A stretch of DNA of 14,044 bases from Candidatus Eiseniibacteriota bacterium (GTDB lineage: Bacteria > Eisenbacteria > RBG-16-71-46): assembly GCA_031366795.1 (NCBI GenBank), contig JANLOX010000211.1, forward strand, positions 1 to 14,044. Direction: 5' to 3'. Within the stretch, counting starts at the first letter, position 1, and every line of letters starts with the position of its first letter. Under the pieces are notes generated by a model, which saw only the letters and a program-made list of their open reading frames with translations, made no database searches and had not been told where the DNA came from. The position numbers and the translations under genes are program-made. Shown piece by piece: positions 1-8,719 of this stretch.

Positions 1-138
1 GATGCGGGAAATCCGCATGTCCGGTTCGACGAGCGGGATGTGGAAACGGGGACGGCGGCGCTATTGAGGCACCGGCAACCGAAAGGGCCGGTCAACGGAT
101 AGGCTACGCCTACGCACCGCGCCACATCTCGACTCTAC
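1..138 (+). mobile_element. Group II intron, 3' end (partial domain V, complete domain VI, 3' splice site); the rest of the intron and any RT/maturase ORF lie upstream of the window
   Basis: 1-27 GATGCGGGAAATCCGCATGTCCGGTTC is a domain V stem-loop with a GAAA-containing loop and an AU bulge. Domain VI: 31-43 GAGCGGGATGTGG pairs with 122-135 CCACATCTCG[A]CTC, leaving A132 bulged, and the intron ends in AC at 137-138 (AY consensus). The CCGGTTC 3' strand implies an AGC-type triad rather than the class C CGC type. Confidence 0.93.
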
Positions 139-143
139 TAAAC

Positions 144-169
144 CTCAACTCGTTCTGGGACGAGTTGAG
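144..169. repeat. Perfect 10-bp inverted repeat just 3' of the intron; possible terminator for miaB
   Basis: CTCAACTCGT (144-153) / ACGAGTTGAG (160-169). On the - strand it is followed by GTTTA and lies about 60 nt past the miaB stop. Confidence 0.55.
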
Positions 170-228
170 ATGTCGAATCTGCTCTGTCGCCGCAGTTGAG
201 GAAGGTCGACGAGCGCCCGCGGATTGGG

Positions 229-1575
229 TCAGCCGATCGAGAGCAGTCCGGGCGCAGCGGCGGCAACTCGCGTCGCCGGCACCGCGGCCGCGATCAGCGT
301 GTTGGTCGTCGTGCCCACGACTCGCACGGTGCGCAGCGTCCCCGCAGCACTCCCATCATCGGGGAAGACCACCGCCTTGAACTGCGGCGTGCGGCCGTAG
401 AGCTGGTCGGGGCGTTTGCGCGCTGTGCCTTCGACGAGCACCTCGACGTCGCGCCCGAGCCATTCGTCGTTGCGCTGGGCGGCGCAGTCCTGTTGCAGCT
501 CGATCAGGCGCGCCAGCCGGTAGCTCTTCTCGGGTTCGCTCACGGTCTCTGGCCAGGCGAACGCCTTGGTGTCGGGCCGCGCCGAGTACTTGAACAAGAA
601 GGCGGTGTCGAAGCGTTCCTCGCGCATGTAGTCCATGGTCAGCGCGTAGTCCGCGTCGGTCTCGCCGGGGAAGCCCACGATGACGTCGGTCGACAGCACC
701 ACGCCCGGAATCGTCCCGCGGATGGCGGCCACACAATCGCGGTAGCGCGCCATGTCATAGGTGCGATTCATCGCCTTGAGCATCTTGTCGGACGCCGACT
801 GCAGCGGCAGGTGGACCTGCGGGCACACCTTGCTGCACTCGGCCATCGCGTCGATCACGCGCTGCGTCATGTCGGATGGGTGCGGCGAGGTGTAGCGGAT
901 GCGCAGCACGCCGTCGATGTCCTGGGTCGCGCGCAGCAGGTCGGCGAAGTCGTGCGTGCCATCGCGGTAGGAGTTGACGGTCTGGCCGAGGTACACGATC
1001 TCGCGGTAGCCCTGCGATACTGCCGTGCGCACCTGCTGCACAAGGTCGACGAGCGCGAGGCTGCGTTCGCGGCCGCGCGTGTAGGGGACGACGCAGTAGG
1101 TGCAGAACTTGTCGCAGCCGCGCTGCACGGTGACCCATGCGCGAATCCCCGCTTCGCGCTTGGGCTCCAGGTCGCCATAGGTCTCGTCGCGGTCGAGCCG
1201 CAGCTCGGACACCGGTTCACCGGCGGCGCGCTTGAGCAGTTCGGGCAAGTTGCGATAGCCGTCGGGGCCAACGACCAGATCCAGGATGCGCGAGTGCCCG
1301 TCGAGCAGGCGCTTGCGCATGTGCTGGGCCATGCACCCGGCGACTCCGACGATGAGACTGGGGTTGGCCTGCTTGAGTCGCTCGAGCTGGCCCAGCCGGC
1401 CCAGCACGCGCTGCTCGGCATGCTCGCGGATGGCGCAGGTGTTGAGCACGACCGCGTCGGCGTCCTCAGGGTCGTCGACGAGCGACATGCCGGCACGCTC
1501 GAGCACGCCGGCCATCACTTCGCTGTCCGCCACATTCATCTGGCAGCCGTACGTCTCGAGGAACACTGTGCGCAT
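229..1575 (-). CDS. miaB: tRNA-2-methylthio-N6-dimethylallyladenosine synthase MiaB (radical SAM methylthiotransferase)
   Basis: N-terminal UPF0004 motifs TYGCQMN, NTCAIRE and GCMAQ; radical SAM CxxxCxxC (GCDKFCTYC); STDVIVGFPGET; C-terminal TRAM domain (VEVLVEG...GRT). Start placed at ATG 1575 (MRTVFLETYG), 448 aa. Confidence 0.95.
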   Translation of the reverse strand: MRTVFLETYGCQMNVADSEVMAGVLERAGMSLVDDPEDADAVVLNTCAIREHAEQRVLGRLGQLERLKQANPSLIVGVAGCMAQHMRKRLLDGHSRILDLVVGPDGYRNLPELLKRAAGEPVSELRLDRDETYGDLEPKREAGIRAWVTVQRGCDKFCTYCVVPYTRGRERSLALVDLVQQVRTAVSQGYREIVYLGQTVNSYRDGTHDFADLLRATQDIDGVLRIRYTSPHPSDMTQRVIDAMAECSKVCPQVHLPLQSASDKMLKAMNRTYDMARYRDCVAAIRGTIPGVVLSTDVIVGFPGETDADYALTMDYMREERFDTAFLFKYSARPDTKAFAWPETVSEPEKSYRLARLIELQQDCAAQRNDEWLGRDVEVLVEGTARKRPDQLYGRTPQFKAVVFPDDGSAAGTLRTVRVVGTTTNTLIAAAVPATRVAAAAPGLLSIG

Positions 1576-1583
1576 AGCCGTAA

Positions 1584-1592
1584 ACGATAGCA
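1584..1592 (-). promoter_or_regulatory. Extended -10 element (TGCTATCGT), likely driving a leaderless miaB transcript
   Basis: TGn-TATCGT ends 8 nt before the ATG at 1575, and no Shine-Dalgarno is visible. Confidence 0.5.
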
Positions 1593-1694
1593 TGTGGGCT
1601 CGCGGTGCGGCGACCGGGCGGGGGCAACCGAGCGGGGGCTTCTTGACCGCGTGCGCGCCAAAGCTTGAGTATCGCCGCCCAACTGGAGGCTCCG

Positions 1695-2087
1695 ATGTCC
1701 ACCACGCCCAACCGCAAGCTCGTGACCTTCCCCAACCCCAACCCGGGGCGGGAGTACGTCATCCGCCACGAATGCCCCGAGTACACCGCCCTCTGCCCGG
1801 TCACGGGGCAGCCCGACTTCGGCACGATCATCGTGCGCTATGTGCCAGAACGGCTATGCGTTGAGCTCAAGTCCCTCAAGCTCTACCTGTGGTCATTTCG
1901 CGATGAGGGCCACTTCTTCGAGCAGGTGACCAACCTGATCCTTGATGATCTCGTCAAGGCATTGAGCCCGCGGCGCATGACCGTGATCGGCAAGTTCAAC
2001 GTGCGCGGCGGCATCTGGACGCGCGTCATCGCCCGTCACGAAGCTAAAGCCCGTGGGGCGCAACGAAAGCGGGCCCGCCGCGTATAG
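1695..2087 (+). CDS. queF: NADPH-dependent 7-cyano-7-deazaguanine (preQ0) reductase, unimodular type I
   Basis: [16 protein letters not shown] (catalytic Cys/Asp), QueF motif [14 protein letters not shown] and FNVRGGI. RBS GGAGG at 1685-1689 precedes ATG 1695. Confidence 0.93.
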   Translation: MSTTPNRKLVTFPNPNPGREYVIRHECPEYTALCPVTGQPDFGTIIVRYVPERLCVELKSLKLYLWSFRDEGHFFEQVTNLILDDLVKALSPRRMTVIGKFNVRGGIWTRVIARHEAKARGAQRKRARRV

Positions 2088-2138
2088 TGTGCGGGACCGT
2101 TCCCGAATCACCGCTGCCCCGCCTGCGCCCGTGAGGCC

Positions 2139-4439
2139 ATGAACGTCAACCTGCTGCTCGCGACGCTGAACCTGTGCCTGGGGGGGCTGGTATTCCTCCT
2201 CGGGCTGGTGATCTTCCGCGAGAACCCGAGCGAGCGGGTGAACCGTCTGGTCGCCTCGATGCTGTTCTGCGGCGGTTTCGGCGCCGTGATCGCGGCGATC
2301 GGTTTGCTGGCCGGGCGCTCGGCCTCCTCGGCGGTGGGCGGGCAGGCCGTTTCGGACCTGCTGCAGAACGTAGCGTATGTGTGGGAGTTCTACTTCCCGA
2401 CGCTGTTCATGTTCGCGAGCATCTTCCCGACCGAGCGGGGCTACGCCCGCCGCAGCTGGTCGATTCCCTTCCTGCCATGGCAGACGGGGTTCGGCATCCT
2501 GGTGTTTGCGCCGCACGTCTTCCACTTCCTGCTGACGGCGGTGATCACCAACTGGCACCCGGCCGTCGTCATCCCGAAGCTGGGAACACTCCACTACCTG
2601 AATCCCGCGCTCGACCTGTTCGCGGTTGTGACGCGGCTGTTCCTGTTCGTGCACCAGCAATTGTTCTCGCTGGTCGACTTGGGCTTCGGCGCGGCCACCG
2701 TCGTGCTGTTGTACGACAGCATTCGCCGCACCACCGTGCCGCGGCTGCGTCAGCAGCTCCAGACGGTCGCGATCGGGTTGACCGCATCGCTGATCTGCTA
2801 CAGCTTCACCACCTCGCTGCCCGCGTTGTTCAACTACAAGCTCGCGGCCAGCGTGAAGGCGGTGCTGACTATCGTGGCGCTGACACTGGGGCCTGGATCG
2901 ATCGCCTACTCGGTGGTGCGCTACAAGTTCCTCGATGCGCGCCTGCTGGCGCGGCGAGGCATCCTCTACGCACTCTCCTCGGCGGCGCTCGTGGGTCTCT
3001 ACCTGCTCGTCGTCGGCAGGCTGCAAGGTTTTCTTGGCCAGATGTTCGGCTCCGACGCGCGCGTATTCGAGCCGGTGTTCCTGATCGTGGCGCTGGCGCT
3101 GTTCCAGCCGGCGATCGCGCAGCTCGAACAGTTGCTCGACGGCATGTTCCTCAAGGACCCCAGCGACTACCGCAACGTGATTCGCCAGCTCGGGCGCGAG
3201 CTGCAGACCACGATCGACCTGGATGAACTCCTGAACCGCACTGTCCGCACGCTGGGCGATGCGTTGCTCGTCAAGACCGCGGCCATTGTGGCGTTTACGC
3301 GGCAGGGGCCGGTCGCGCAGACCACGGCGGGGCATGGGCTCGATGAGGCCCAGCTGCGCCGCATCGCGACTCTGCTGCCGCACGTGAGCAACGAGCAATC
3401 GAGCTGGCGCGCGAGCGACCCGATCGATGGGCTCGACGAGGCCGAGCAGGAAGAGCTGCGCAATGGTCTGGGCGTTTCGCTGCTGGTGCCGCTGCGTTGG
3501 CGCAACGAGACGGTGGGAGCGCTGCTGCTGGGCGACAAGCTCACCGGCATGACGCATACCAGCGAGGACGTCACCCTGCTGACGAACCTCGCCGGGCAAC
3601 TCTCGGTGTCGCTCCAGAACGCGCTGCTGCTGCGGGATCGCGTCGCCGTGGCGCGCTTCGAGGAAGAGATGAACCTCGCCCGCCAGATCCAACGCACCTC
3701 GTTGCTGTCGGTGTTCCCCGAGTTGCCGGGGCTCGAGGTGCACGCGATGTTCAGTCCCTCGAAGCACGTCGGCGGCGACTTCTACGATGTCGTCGATGCG
3801 GGCGATGGCACCTTCCTGATCGCCATCGCGGACGTGTCGGGCAAGGGTGTCCCCGCCGCCTTGTTGTCGTCGATGCTGCAAGCCTCGTTGCGCACGCAGG
3901 CGACGTCCTCGACCGGGCTCGGCGATATCCTGCGCAGCATCAACACGCTGCTCTACCGCTCCACCTCGATCCGCCAGTTCGCCACGTTCTTCCTTGCGCG
4001 CATCAACCCCGCGACGCGCACCCTCGAGTTCTCGAACGCGGGCCACAACTGGCCGGTGGTGTCGCACGCGCGCGGCGGGCGCGCGTTGCTCGAGCGCGGC
4101 GGCACGGTGCTCGGCATTCTCGAGGGCGCCAAGTTCGAGGAGGACAGGCTTACGCTGATGCCCGGCGACCGGCTGGTGTGCTACACCGACGGCGTCACCG
4201 AGGCGGCTAACCCTTCGAACGAGCAATACGGCGAGGAACGCCTTTACGCGCTGATCGACGACATGCCGCGCGACCTGTGCGCGCGGGAGATCGCCGAACG
4301 CATGCTCGCCGACCTCGCCGAACACTTGAGCGGCGAGGAGCCGCAGGACGACGTGACGATTCTCGTGTTGCGGGCACTCGACACCGCCGCGGTCACACCG
4401 GATGCTGAGCCCGAGCGCGCGAGCGCCGCGGCTATTTGA
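2139..4439 (+). CDS. Multi-TM sensor + GAF + PP2C (SpoIIE/RsbU-family) serine phosphatase
   Basis: The N-terminal ~330 aa have many hydrophobic helices. GAF-like segment LLVPLRWRNETVGALLLG...SEDVTLLTNLAGQLSVSLQNA. PP2C motifs VGGDFYD, IADVSGKGVPAALL, NAGH, YTDGVTEA and QDDVT. Confidence 0.9.
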   Translation: MNVNLLLATLNLCLGGLVFLLGLVIFRENPSERVNRLVASMLFCGGFGAVIAAIGLLAGRSASSAVGGQAVSDLLQNVAYVWEFYFPTLFMFASIFPTERGYARRSWSIPFLPWQTGFGILVFAPHVFHFLLTAVITNWHPAVVIPKLGTLHYLNPALDLFAVVTRLFLFVHQQLFSLVDLGFGAATVVLLYDSIRRTTVPRLRQQLQTVAIGLTASLICYSFTTSLPALFNYKLAASVKAVLTIVALTLGPGSIAYSVVRYKFLDARLLARRGILYALSSAALVGLYLLVVGRLQGFLGQMFGSDARVFEPVFLIVALALFQPAIAQLEQLLDGMFLKDPSDYRNVIRQLGRELQTTIDLDELLNRTVRTLGDALLVKTAAIVAFTRQGPVAQTTAGHGLDEAQLRRIATLLPHVSNEQSSWRASDPIDGLDEAEQEELRNGLGVSLLVPLRWRNETVGALLLGDKLTGMTHTSEDVTLLTNLAGQLSVSLQNALLLRDRVAVARFEEEMNLARQIQRTSLLSVFPELPGLEVHAMFSPSKHVGGDFYDVVDAGDGTFLIAIADVSGKGVPAALLSSMLQASLRTQATSSTGLGDILRSINTLLYRSTSIRQFATFFLARINPATRTLEFSNAGHNWPVVSHARGGRALLERGGTVLGILEGAKFEEDRLTLMPGDRLVCYTDGVTEAANPSNEQYGEERLYALIDDMPRDLCAREIAERMLADLAEHLSGEEPQDDVTILVLRALDTAAVTPDAEPERASAAAI

Positions 4440-5628
4440 GCGCTGCGAGGCGGTACACCTTGCCGCCCATGTCGAGCACATACATCTCGCCCTGCGCATC
4501 GACGCCGAAGGCATTCGGCGTGATGTGGCGGCTCGGGCGCCAGCGCACGAGCTGCTCTGCGCGGCCGTTCTGCCAGAGGAAGCTCGCGATCCAGCCCGAG
4601 CAGGCGTCCGAGTAGATGTAGTGGCCGTGCAGCGCAGCGATCGATCCGTGATAGACCCCGCCGCCGATCACGCAGCAACCTTCCGAGTGCGGGTACTCGA
4701 TCGCGGGCGGCCAGGTCCCCAGTCCTGCGGGAGCGCCGCGGTCCTTGTCGGAGCCACCCTTGTCATAGGTGTGCGTGCCCTCGATCAGGTTCCAGCCATA
4801 GTTGATCCCCGGCTTGTTCGCCGGCGCCACGTCGACTTCCTCCCAGCGGTTCTGGCCGACGTCGGCGATGTACAACTGGCCCGCGTCGAAGGCGATGCGC
4901 CAGGGATTGCGCAGCCCGTAGGCCCACACTTCGGGGCGGCCGCGCCTGCCGTCGGCGAACGGGTTGTCGCGCGGGATCGCGTAGGGCGCGCCGTGATCGA
5001 CGTCGATGCGCAATAATTTGCCGAGCCACGCATGCGTGTTCTGGCCGTTGCCCTTCGGGTCGCCGCCCGATCCGCCATCGCCCAGCGGGATGTACAGCAT
5101 GGAGTCGGGGCCGAACAGCAGGTGGCCGCCATTGTGGTTGGCGTAGGGCTGGCCGACGGACAGGATGCGGGTCGCCGTCGCCGGATCCAACCTGCGTCCG
5201 CCGGGAAGCGCGCGGTAACGGACGACGTTGGTGTTGCCGTCCACGCCGGTGTAGTTCACGAACACGAAGCCGTTGCTGCGATAGCGCGGATGGAACGCGA
5301 CGCTGAGCAGACCCTGCTCATTGCCGCGCGAGGTGAGTGCCGTGATGTCGAGGAATGGCTCGGCCCGCAACGTCCCATTCTCGAGCACGCGAATACGGCC
5401 CGGCTGCTCGACGATGTACAGCCGTGCATCGCCCGGGGCCGTGACCATGTCGACCGGACGCTCCAGCCCATCGACCGTCAGCTCGAGTTGCAGTTGCGCC
5501 GCGGGCGCGCAAGCGGCGGAGGCGAAGCACAGCAGCAACGCTGCGGCGGCGATGCCAGGCAGCGCGCGCGGACGGCGGGCGCGTGAGCGGCGCGTGGGCG
5601 GGCGATGTTGGGACGTCGGCTGAATCAT
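4432..5628 (-). CDS. PQQ-dependent sugar dehydrogenase (glucose/sorbosone dehydrogenase family), secreted, possibly a lipoprotein
   Basis: GSDH motifs EQGLLSVAFHP, NHNGGHLLFGPD..LYIPLGDGG, GKLLRIDVD, PEVWAYGLRNPWRIAFD, ADVGQNRWEEVD and NYGW. Basic N-terminus, hydrophobic stretch and SAAC. The start ATG at 5628 overlaps the upstream gene's TGA (ATGA). The longer ORF to 6399 overlaps the upstream gene in another frame and is not a real extension. Confidence 0.88.
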   Translation of the reverse strand: MIQPTSQHRPPTRRSRARRPRALPGIAAAALLLCFASAACAPAAQLQLELTVDGLERPVDMVTAPGDARLYIVEQPGRIRVLENGTLRAEPFLDITALTSRGNEQGLLSVAFHPRYRSNGFVFVNYTGVDGNTNVVRYRALPGGRRLDPATATRILSVGQPYANHNGGHLLFGPDSMLYIPLGDGGSGGDPKGNGQNTHAWLGKLLRIDVDHGAPYAIPRDNPFADGRRGRPEVWAYGLRNPWRIAFDAGQLYIADVGQNRWEEVDVAPANKPGINYGWNLIEGTHTYDKGGSDKDRGAPAGLGTWPPAIEYPHSEGCCVIGGGVYHGSIAALHGHYIYSDACSGWIASFLWQNGRAEQLVRWRPSRHITPNAFGVDAQGEMYVLDMGGKVYRLAALK

Positions 5629-7232
5629 TGCGTTCCCGGTGGTGTGCGATGAAGCATGGAATCCAGTTCGGCGGCAGTGCCCACTCTCAGGTGTCCGTTG
5701 GGAAGGTACACCGCATAGCGGACCGAGTCGCCCGCGGATTCGAACTCGCGAACGAAACGCGTGCGTGTCAGCTGCGGCACGAATAATCGCACGGCGAGAC
5801 CGTCGTAGAGGGCGCTGCGGACGTTGGACTCCCAGTAGCTCTCGAACGCCTGGTCCTTGCCCTCCGCCTGCTGGCGCGCGACGGAGGCGGGCGACCAAAA
5901 CCACAGCTGCGTGCCTGGCGCGAAGGTGACCGCGCGCAAGTCCGCGACTGCGTTGGCCGCGATGCGCGCGCGGTCGACCGACGCGTCCGCGCGCAGTTGC
6001 GGATCGACGAACGGGAAGGTTTCGATCTTGTGCACGAGCAGCGCGCCGTTGAGCGTGAGGGCGAGGGCGACGACAGCCGCCAGCGCCGAGGGGATACGCG
6101 AACCCGTGCTGCGCTGGAGCCAGTCCATGCCGCCGGCAACCATCGCCGCGACCAGCACTGCAGTGCCGGCCAGGGGCGTGTACAGGTAATAGTGGTACGT
6201 ATGATGTCCCAGCGGCAGCACCGGCAAGAGCGCCAGCGCGAACCACGCGACACCGACGCTCCAGCCACGCCGGCGCAGGGCACCGGCGCCGAAACCGATG
6301 GCGCATACGAGGCCCAAGACGTCGCCCACCGCCCATACCTGCGGGTCGATCGCGTCGGTGAAGGAATGCATCCATGGCAGCGCGATCTTCACGGTCCAAC
6401 CCATGTAGGTGAACAGGTTATCGAACAGGGCGCGATCGAAGCTGAGCGCATAGGCCGAAGAGGCGGCGAGCGAAGCACGCACCCCGAACACGTCGCGCGC
6501 GAGGAACGCGCAGGTGTACACGACGGACAACGCGATCATCGCCCACAACGCGGCGGGGATCGCGGGCGGCCCCGTGCGCGCAATGGTTGCGGGCGCGGCC
6601 CCGCGCATCGGCCTGGGGCTAGGCGCAGACGCCGCGGCGCCACGCAGGGCGGGGAGCAGCGCGACGAGCGGCAACAGCAGCGTGGACTCCTTGGCAAGGA
6701 GTGACGCCGCGAACAGCGGGACGGCGAGCCACGCGCGTCTGCCGGGGCGCGTGATGAGCAGCAGGCTCGCGAGTGCGCAGGCCGCGGCGAGCAATTCGCC
6801 GATGCCTGAGATCGAGTAGAGCGCGGTGAACAACGCCGGATGCGTGCCGAAGAACACCGCACCCACGGCCGCGGCGGCCGGAGGACTGAACCTGCGACAC
6901 AGGCGGTAGACCAGCGCGACGCTGGCGGCGTGCGTCGCGAGCGACACGAGGTGGTAGGGCAAGGGCTCGAGCCCGGCCACCTCGCGCATCGCCTCAAAGT
7001 AAACCTGTCCCGACAGCCAGCGCCACGGGAAGGCCACCGGCGGCAACAGGCCACGTGCCCTCGCCAGCCCCGAGAAATCGTCCTGCGCGAAGAAGTAGGG
7101 GAGCGCCCCGCGGAAGACGATCCATGCCGCAGCGATCGCGAGCAGCATCCACAGCGTGTCGAACAGCGGCGTGGTGTGTGCGTCGCGCGCGGGTGCCGCC
7201 GCGATTACAGGGCGTGTGCGAGGACGGGACAT
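5625..7232 (-). CDS. Polytopic membrane protein, probable GT-C fold glycosyltransferase (PMT/ArnT/TMTC-like)
   Basis: Acidic DD motif after TM1 (YFFAQDDF), PLPYHLVSLATHAASVALVY, FGTHP and LLAKESTLLLP, with many TM helices and a soluble C-terminal region. Start chosen at ATG 7232 (MSRPRT), 535 aa. Confidence 0.72.
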   Translation of the reverse strand: MSRPRTRPVIAAAPARDAHTTPLFDTLWMLLAIAAAWIVFRGALPYFFAQDDFSGLARARGLLPPVAFPWRWLSGQVYFEAMREVAGLEPLPYHLVSLATHAASVALVYRLCRRFSPPAAAAVGAVFFGTHPALFTALYSISGIGELLAAACALASLLLITRPGRRAWLAVPLFAASLLAKESTLLLPLVALLPALRGAAASAPSPRPMRGAAPATIARTGPPAIPAALWAMIALSVVYTCAFLARDVFGVRASLAASSAYALSFDRALFDNLFTYMGWTVKIALPWMHSFTDAIDPQVWAVGDVLGLVCAIGFGAGALRRRGWSVGVAWFALALLPVLPLGHHTYHYYLYTPLAGTAVLVAAMVAGGMDWLQRSTGSRIPSALAAVVALALTLNGALLVHKIETFPFVDPQLRADASVDRARIAANAVADLRAVTFAPGTQLWFWSPASVARQQAEGKDQAFESYWESNVRSALYDGLAVRLFVPQLTRTRFVREFESAGDSVRYAVYLPNGHLRVGTAAELDSMLHRTPPGTQ

Positions 7233-7240
7233 GACCGCCC

Positions 7241-7246
7241 AAGATA
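7241..7246 (-). promoter_or_regulatory. -10 element TATCTT, likely leaderless promoter of the GT-C gene
   Basis: The hexamer ends 8 nt before ATG 7232, the same geometry as at miaB. Confidence 0.45.
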
Positions 7247-7343
7247 GCGGAGGCGGGGGCCTTGCGACAGCCTGAGCCGCGCCGAATGATGCGAGCGCGG
7301 GACGCCAGCGCCGGTCACTCGACAGCAAGCGCCGCCCATGCAA

Positions 7344-7375
7344 TAGCGCCCGCCGGGATCTCCCTGCGGGCGCTA
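7344..7375 (-). terminator. GC-rich hairpin downstream of aceA, probable terminator
   Basis: TAGCGCCCGC / GCGGGCGCTA 10-bp stem plus an inner GGGA/TCCC, 17 nt after the aceA stop. The U-tract is weak. Confidence 0.55.
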
Positions 7376-7392
7376 CGATGTGCCGGCCGAAT

Positions 7393-8673
7393 CTAGAACT
7401 GGTGCTGCTCGGTCGAGTCCTTGAGTGCTGTGGTCGAGCTCTTGCCGCCGCTGATCACCTGCGATACCTCATCGAAGTAGCCAGTGCCCACGAACGCCTG
7501 GTGCTTGACGGCCGAGTAGCCGTGCGTCGCCTGCGAGTTGAACTCGCGGTCCTGCAGCGCCGCGTAGGCCGTCATGGCGTGTTCGTGGTAACCCTGGGCA
7601 AGTTCGAACATGCTGTGGTTCAGCGCATGGAATCCCGCCAGCGTGACGAACTGGAACGCATAGCCGTAGCTGCCCAGTGCCTGCTGGAAGCGGGCGAGTG
7701 TCGCCGCATCGAGATGCTTGGACCAGTTGAATGAGGGCGAACAGTTGTAGGCCAGCAGCTTGCCGGGGAAGCGCGCCTGCATCGCCTCGGCGAACTGGAA
7801 CGCTTCGTCCAGGTCAGGCGTGCCCGTCTCGCACCACACCACGTCGGCGTAGGGCGCGTAGGCGAGCCCGCGGGCGATCGCCGCCTCGATGCCGCCGCGC
7901 AGTTCGAAGAAGCCTTCCGCGGTGCGGTTGCCCGTCAGGAATGCATGGTCGCGCGTGTCGACGTCGGAGGTCAGCAGCTTGGCGCTGTTGGCGTCCGTGC
8001 GCGCAATCAGCACCGTGGGCACGTCGAGCACATCCGCCGCCAGCCGCGCGGCCGCCAGTTTCTGCACGAACTCACGCGTCGGCACGAGCACCTTGCCGCC
8101 CATGTGGCCGCACTTCTTGGCGGAGGCAAGCTGGTCCTCGAAGTGCACGCCGGCAGCACCCGCTTCGATCATCGCCTTCATCAATTCGAAAGCATTGAGG
8201 TCGCCGCCGAAGCCGGCCTCGGCGTCCGCGACGATCGGCGCGAACCAGTCCGTCACCTTCTTGTTCCCGCTCATGTGCGCGATCTGGTCGGCGCGCTGCA
8301 GGGCCTGGTTGATGCGGCGCACCAGTGCCGGAACGCTGTCGCAGGGGTAGAGACTCTGGTCGGGGTACATCTGCCCGGAGGTGTTCGCATCCGCCGCCAC
8401 CTGCCAGCCGCTGCAATAGATCGCCTGCAGGCCTGCCGCCACCTGCTGCACTGCCTGGTTGCCGGTGACTGCGCCCAGGGCGCGGACGGGGCCGCGATTG
8501 CGCATGGCGTTCCACAGCCGCATGGCGCCCTCGCGTGCCAGCGTGTGTTCGACTTGCATGGTGCCGCGAAGCTTGACCACGTCGTCGACGCCATAGGGGC
8601 GCGCGATGCCCTGCCAGCGGGCGTCCTTCATCCAGGACGTCTTGAGCTCTTCGGCGCTGCGCGGTGTGGCCAT
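7393..8673 (-). CDS. aceA: Isocitrate lyase
   Basis: Catalytic KKCGH in [18 protein letters not shown]; also [39 protein letters not shown] and [11 protein letters not shown]. Strong RBS AAAAGGAG. Confidence 0.97.
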   Translation of the reverse strand: MATPRSAEELKTSWMKDARWQGIARPYGVDDVVKLRGTMQVEHTLAREGAMRLWNAMRNRGPVRALGAVTGNQAVQQVAAGLQAIYCSGWQVAADANTSGQMYPDQSLYPCDSVPALVRRINQALQRADQIAHMSGNKKVTDWFAPIVADAEAGFGGDLNAFELMKAMIEAGAAGVHFEDQLASAKKCGHMGGKVLVPTREFVQKLAAARLAADVLDVPTVLIARTDANSAKLLTSDVDTRDHAFLTGNRTAEGFFELRGGIEAAIARGLAYAPYADVVWCETGTPDLDEAFQFAEAMQARFPGKLLAYNCSPSFNWSKHLDAATLARFQQALGSYGYAFQFVTLAGFHALNHSMFELAQGYHEHAMTAYAALQDREFNSQATHGYSAVKHQAFVGTGYFDEVSQVISGGKSSTTALKDSTEQHQF

Positions 8674-8719
8674 GTCGTGCTCCTTTTAGCGGGCGACATC
8701 GTGCCGCCCGTCCGTGGGT

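Noticed and set aside
139..175. Integron attC site as the intron target
   Set aside because: The hairpin is only 26 bp, the RYYYAAC/GTTRRRY boxes are imperfect, there are no L boxes with extrahelical bases, and there is no cassette array.
196..1590. 464-aa + strand ORF
   Set aside because: Antisense shadow of miaB with no recognisable motifs; typical of high-GC DNA.
1576..1694. preQ1 riboswitch upstream of queF
   Set aside because: No preQ1-I stem-loop with an A-rich tail is visible in this short GC-rich spacer.
2083..2088. TATAGT -10 box overlapping the queF stop as an internal promoter for the PP2C gene
   Set aside because: No -35 or extended -10 support; it may arise from the GTA-TAG codons alone.
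1893..4514. 873-aa - strand ORF
   Set aside because: Antisense shadow of the PP2C gene, with R/Q/H-rich mirror composition and no domain motifs.
5629..6399. 257-aa N-terminal extension of the sugar dehydrogenase ORF
   Set aside because: Overlaps the GT-C gene in another frame and is Arg-rich noise; the signal peptide and ATGA coupling place the start at 5628.
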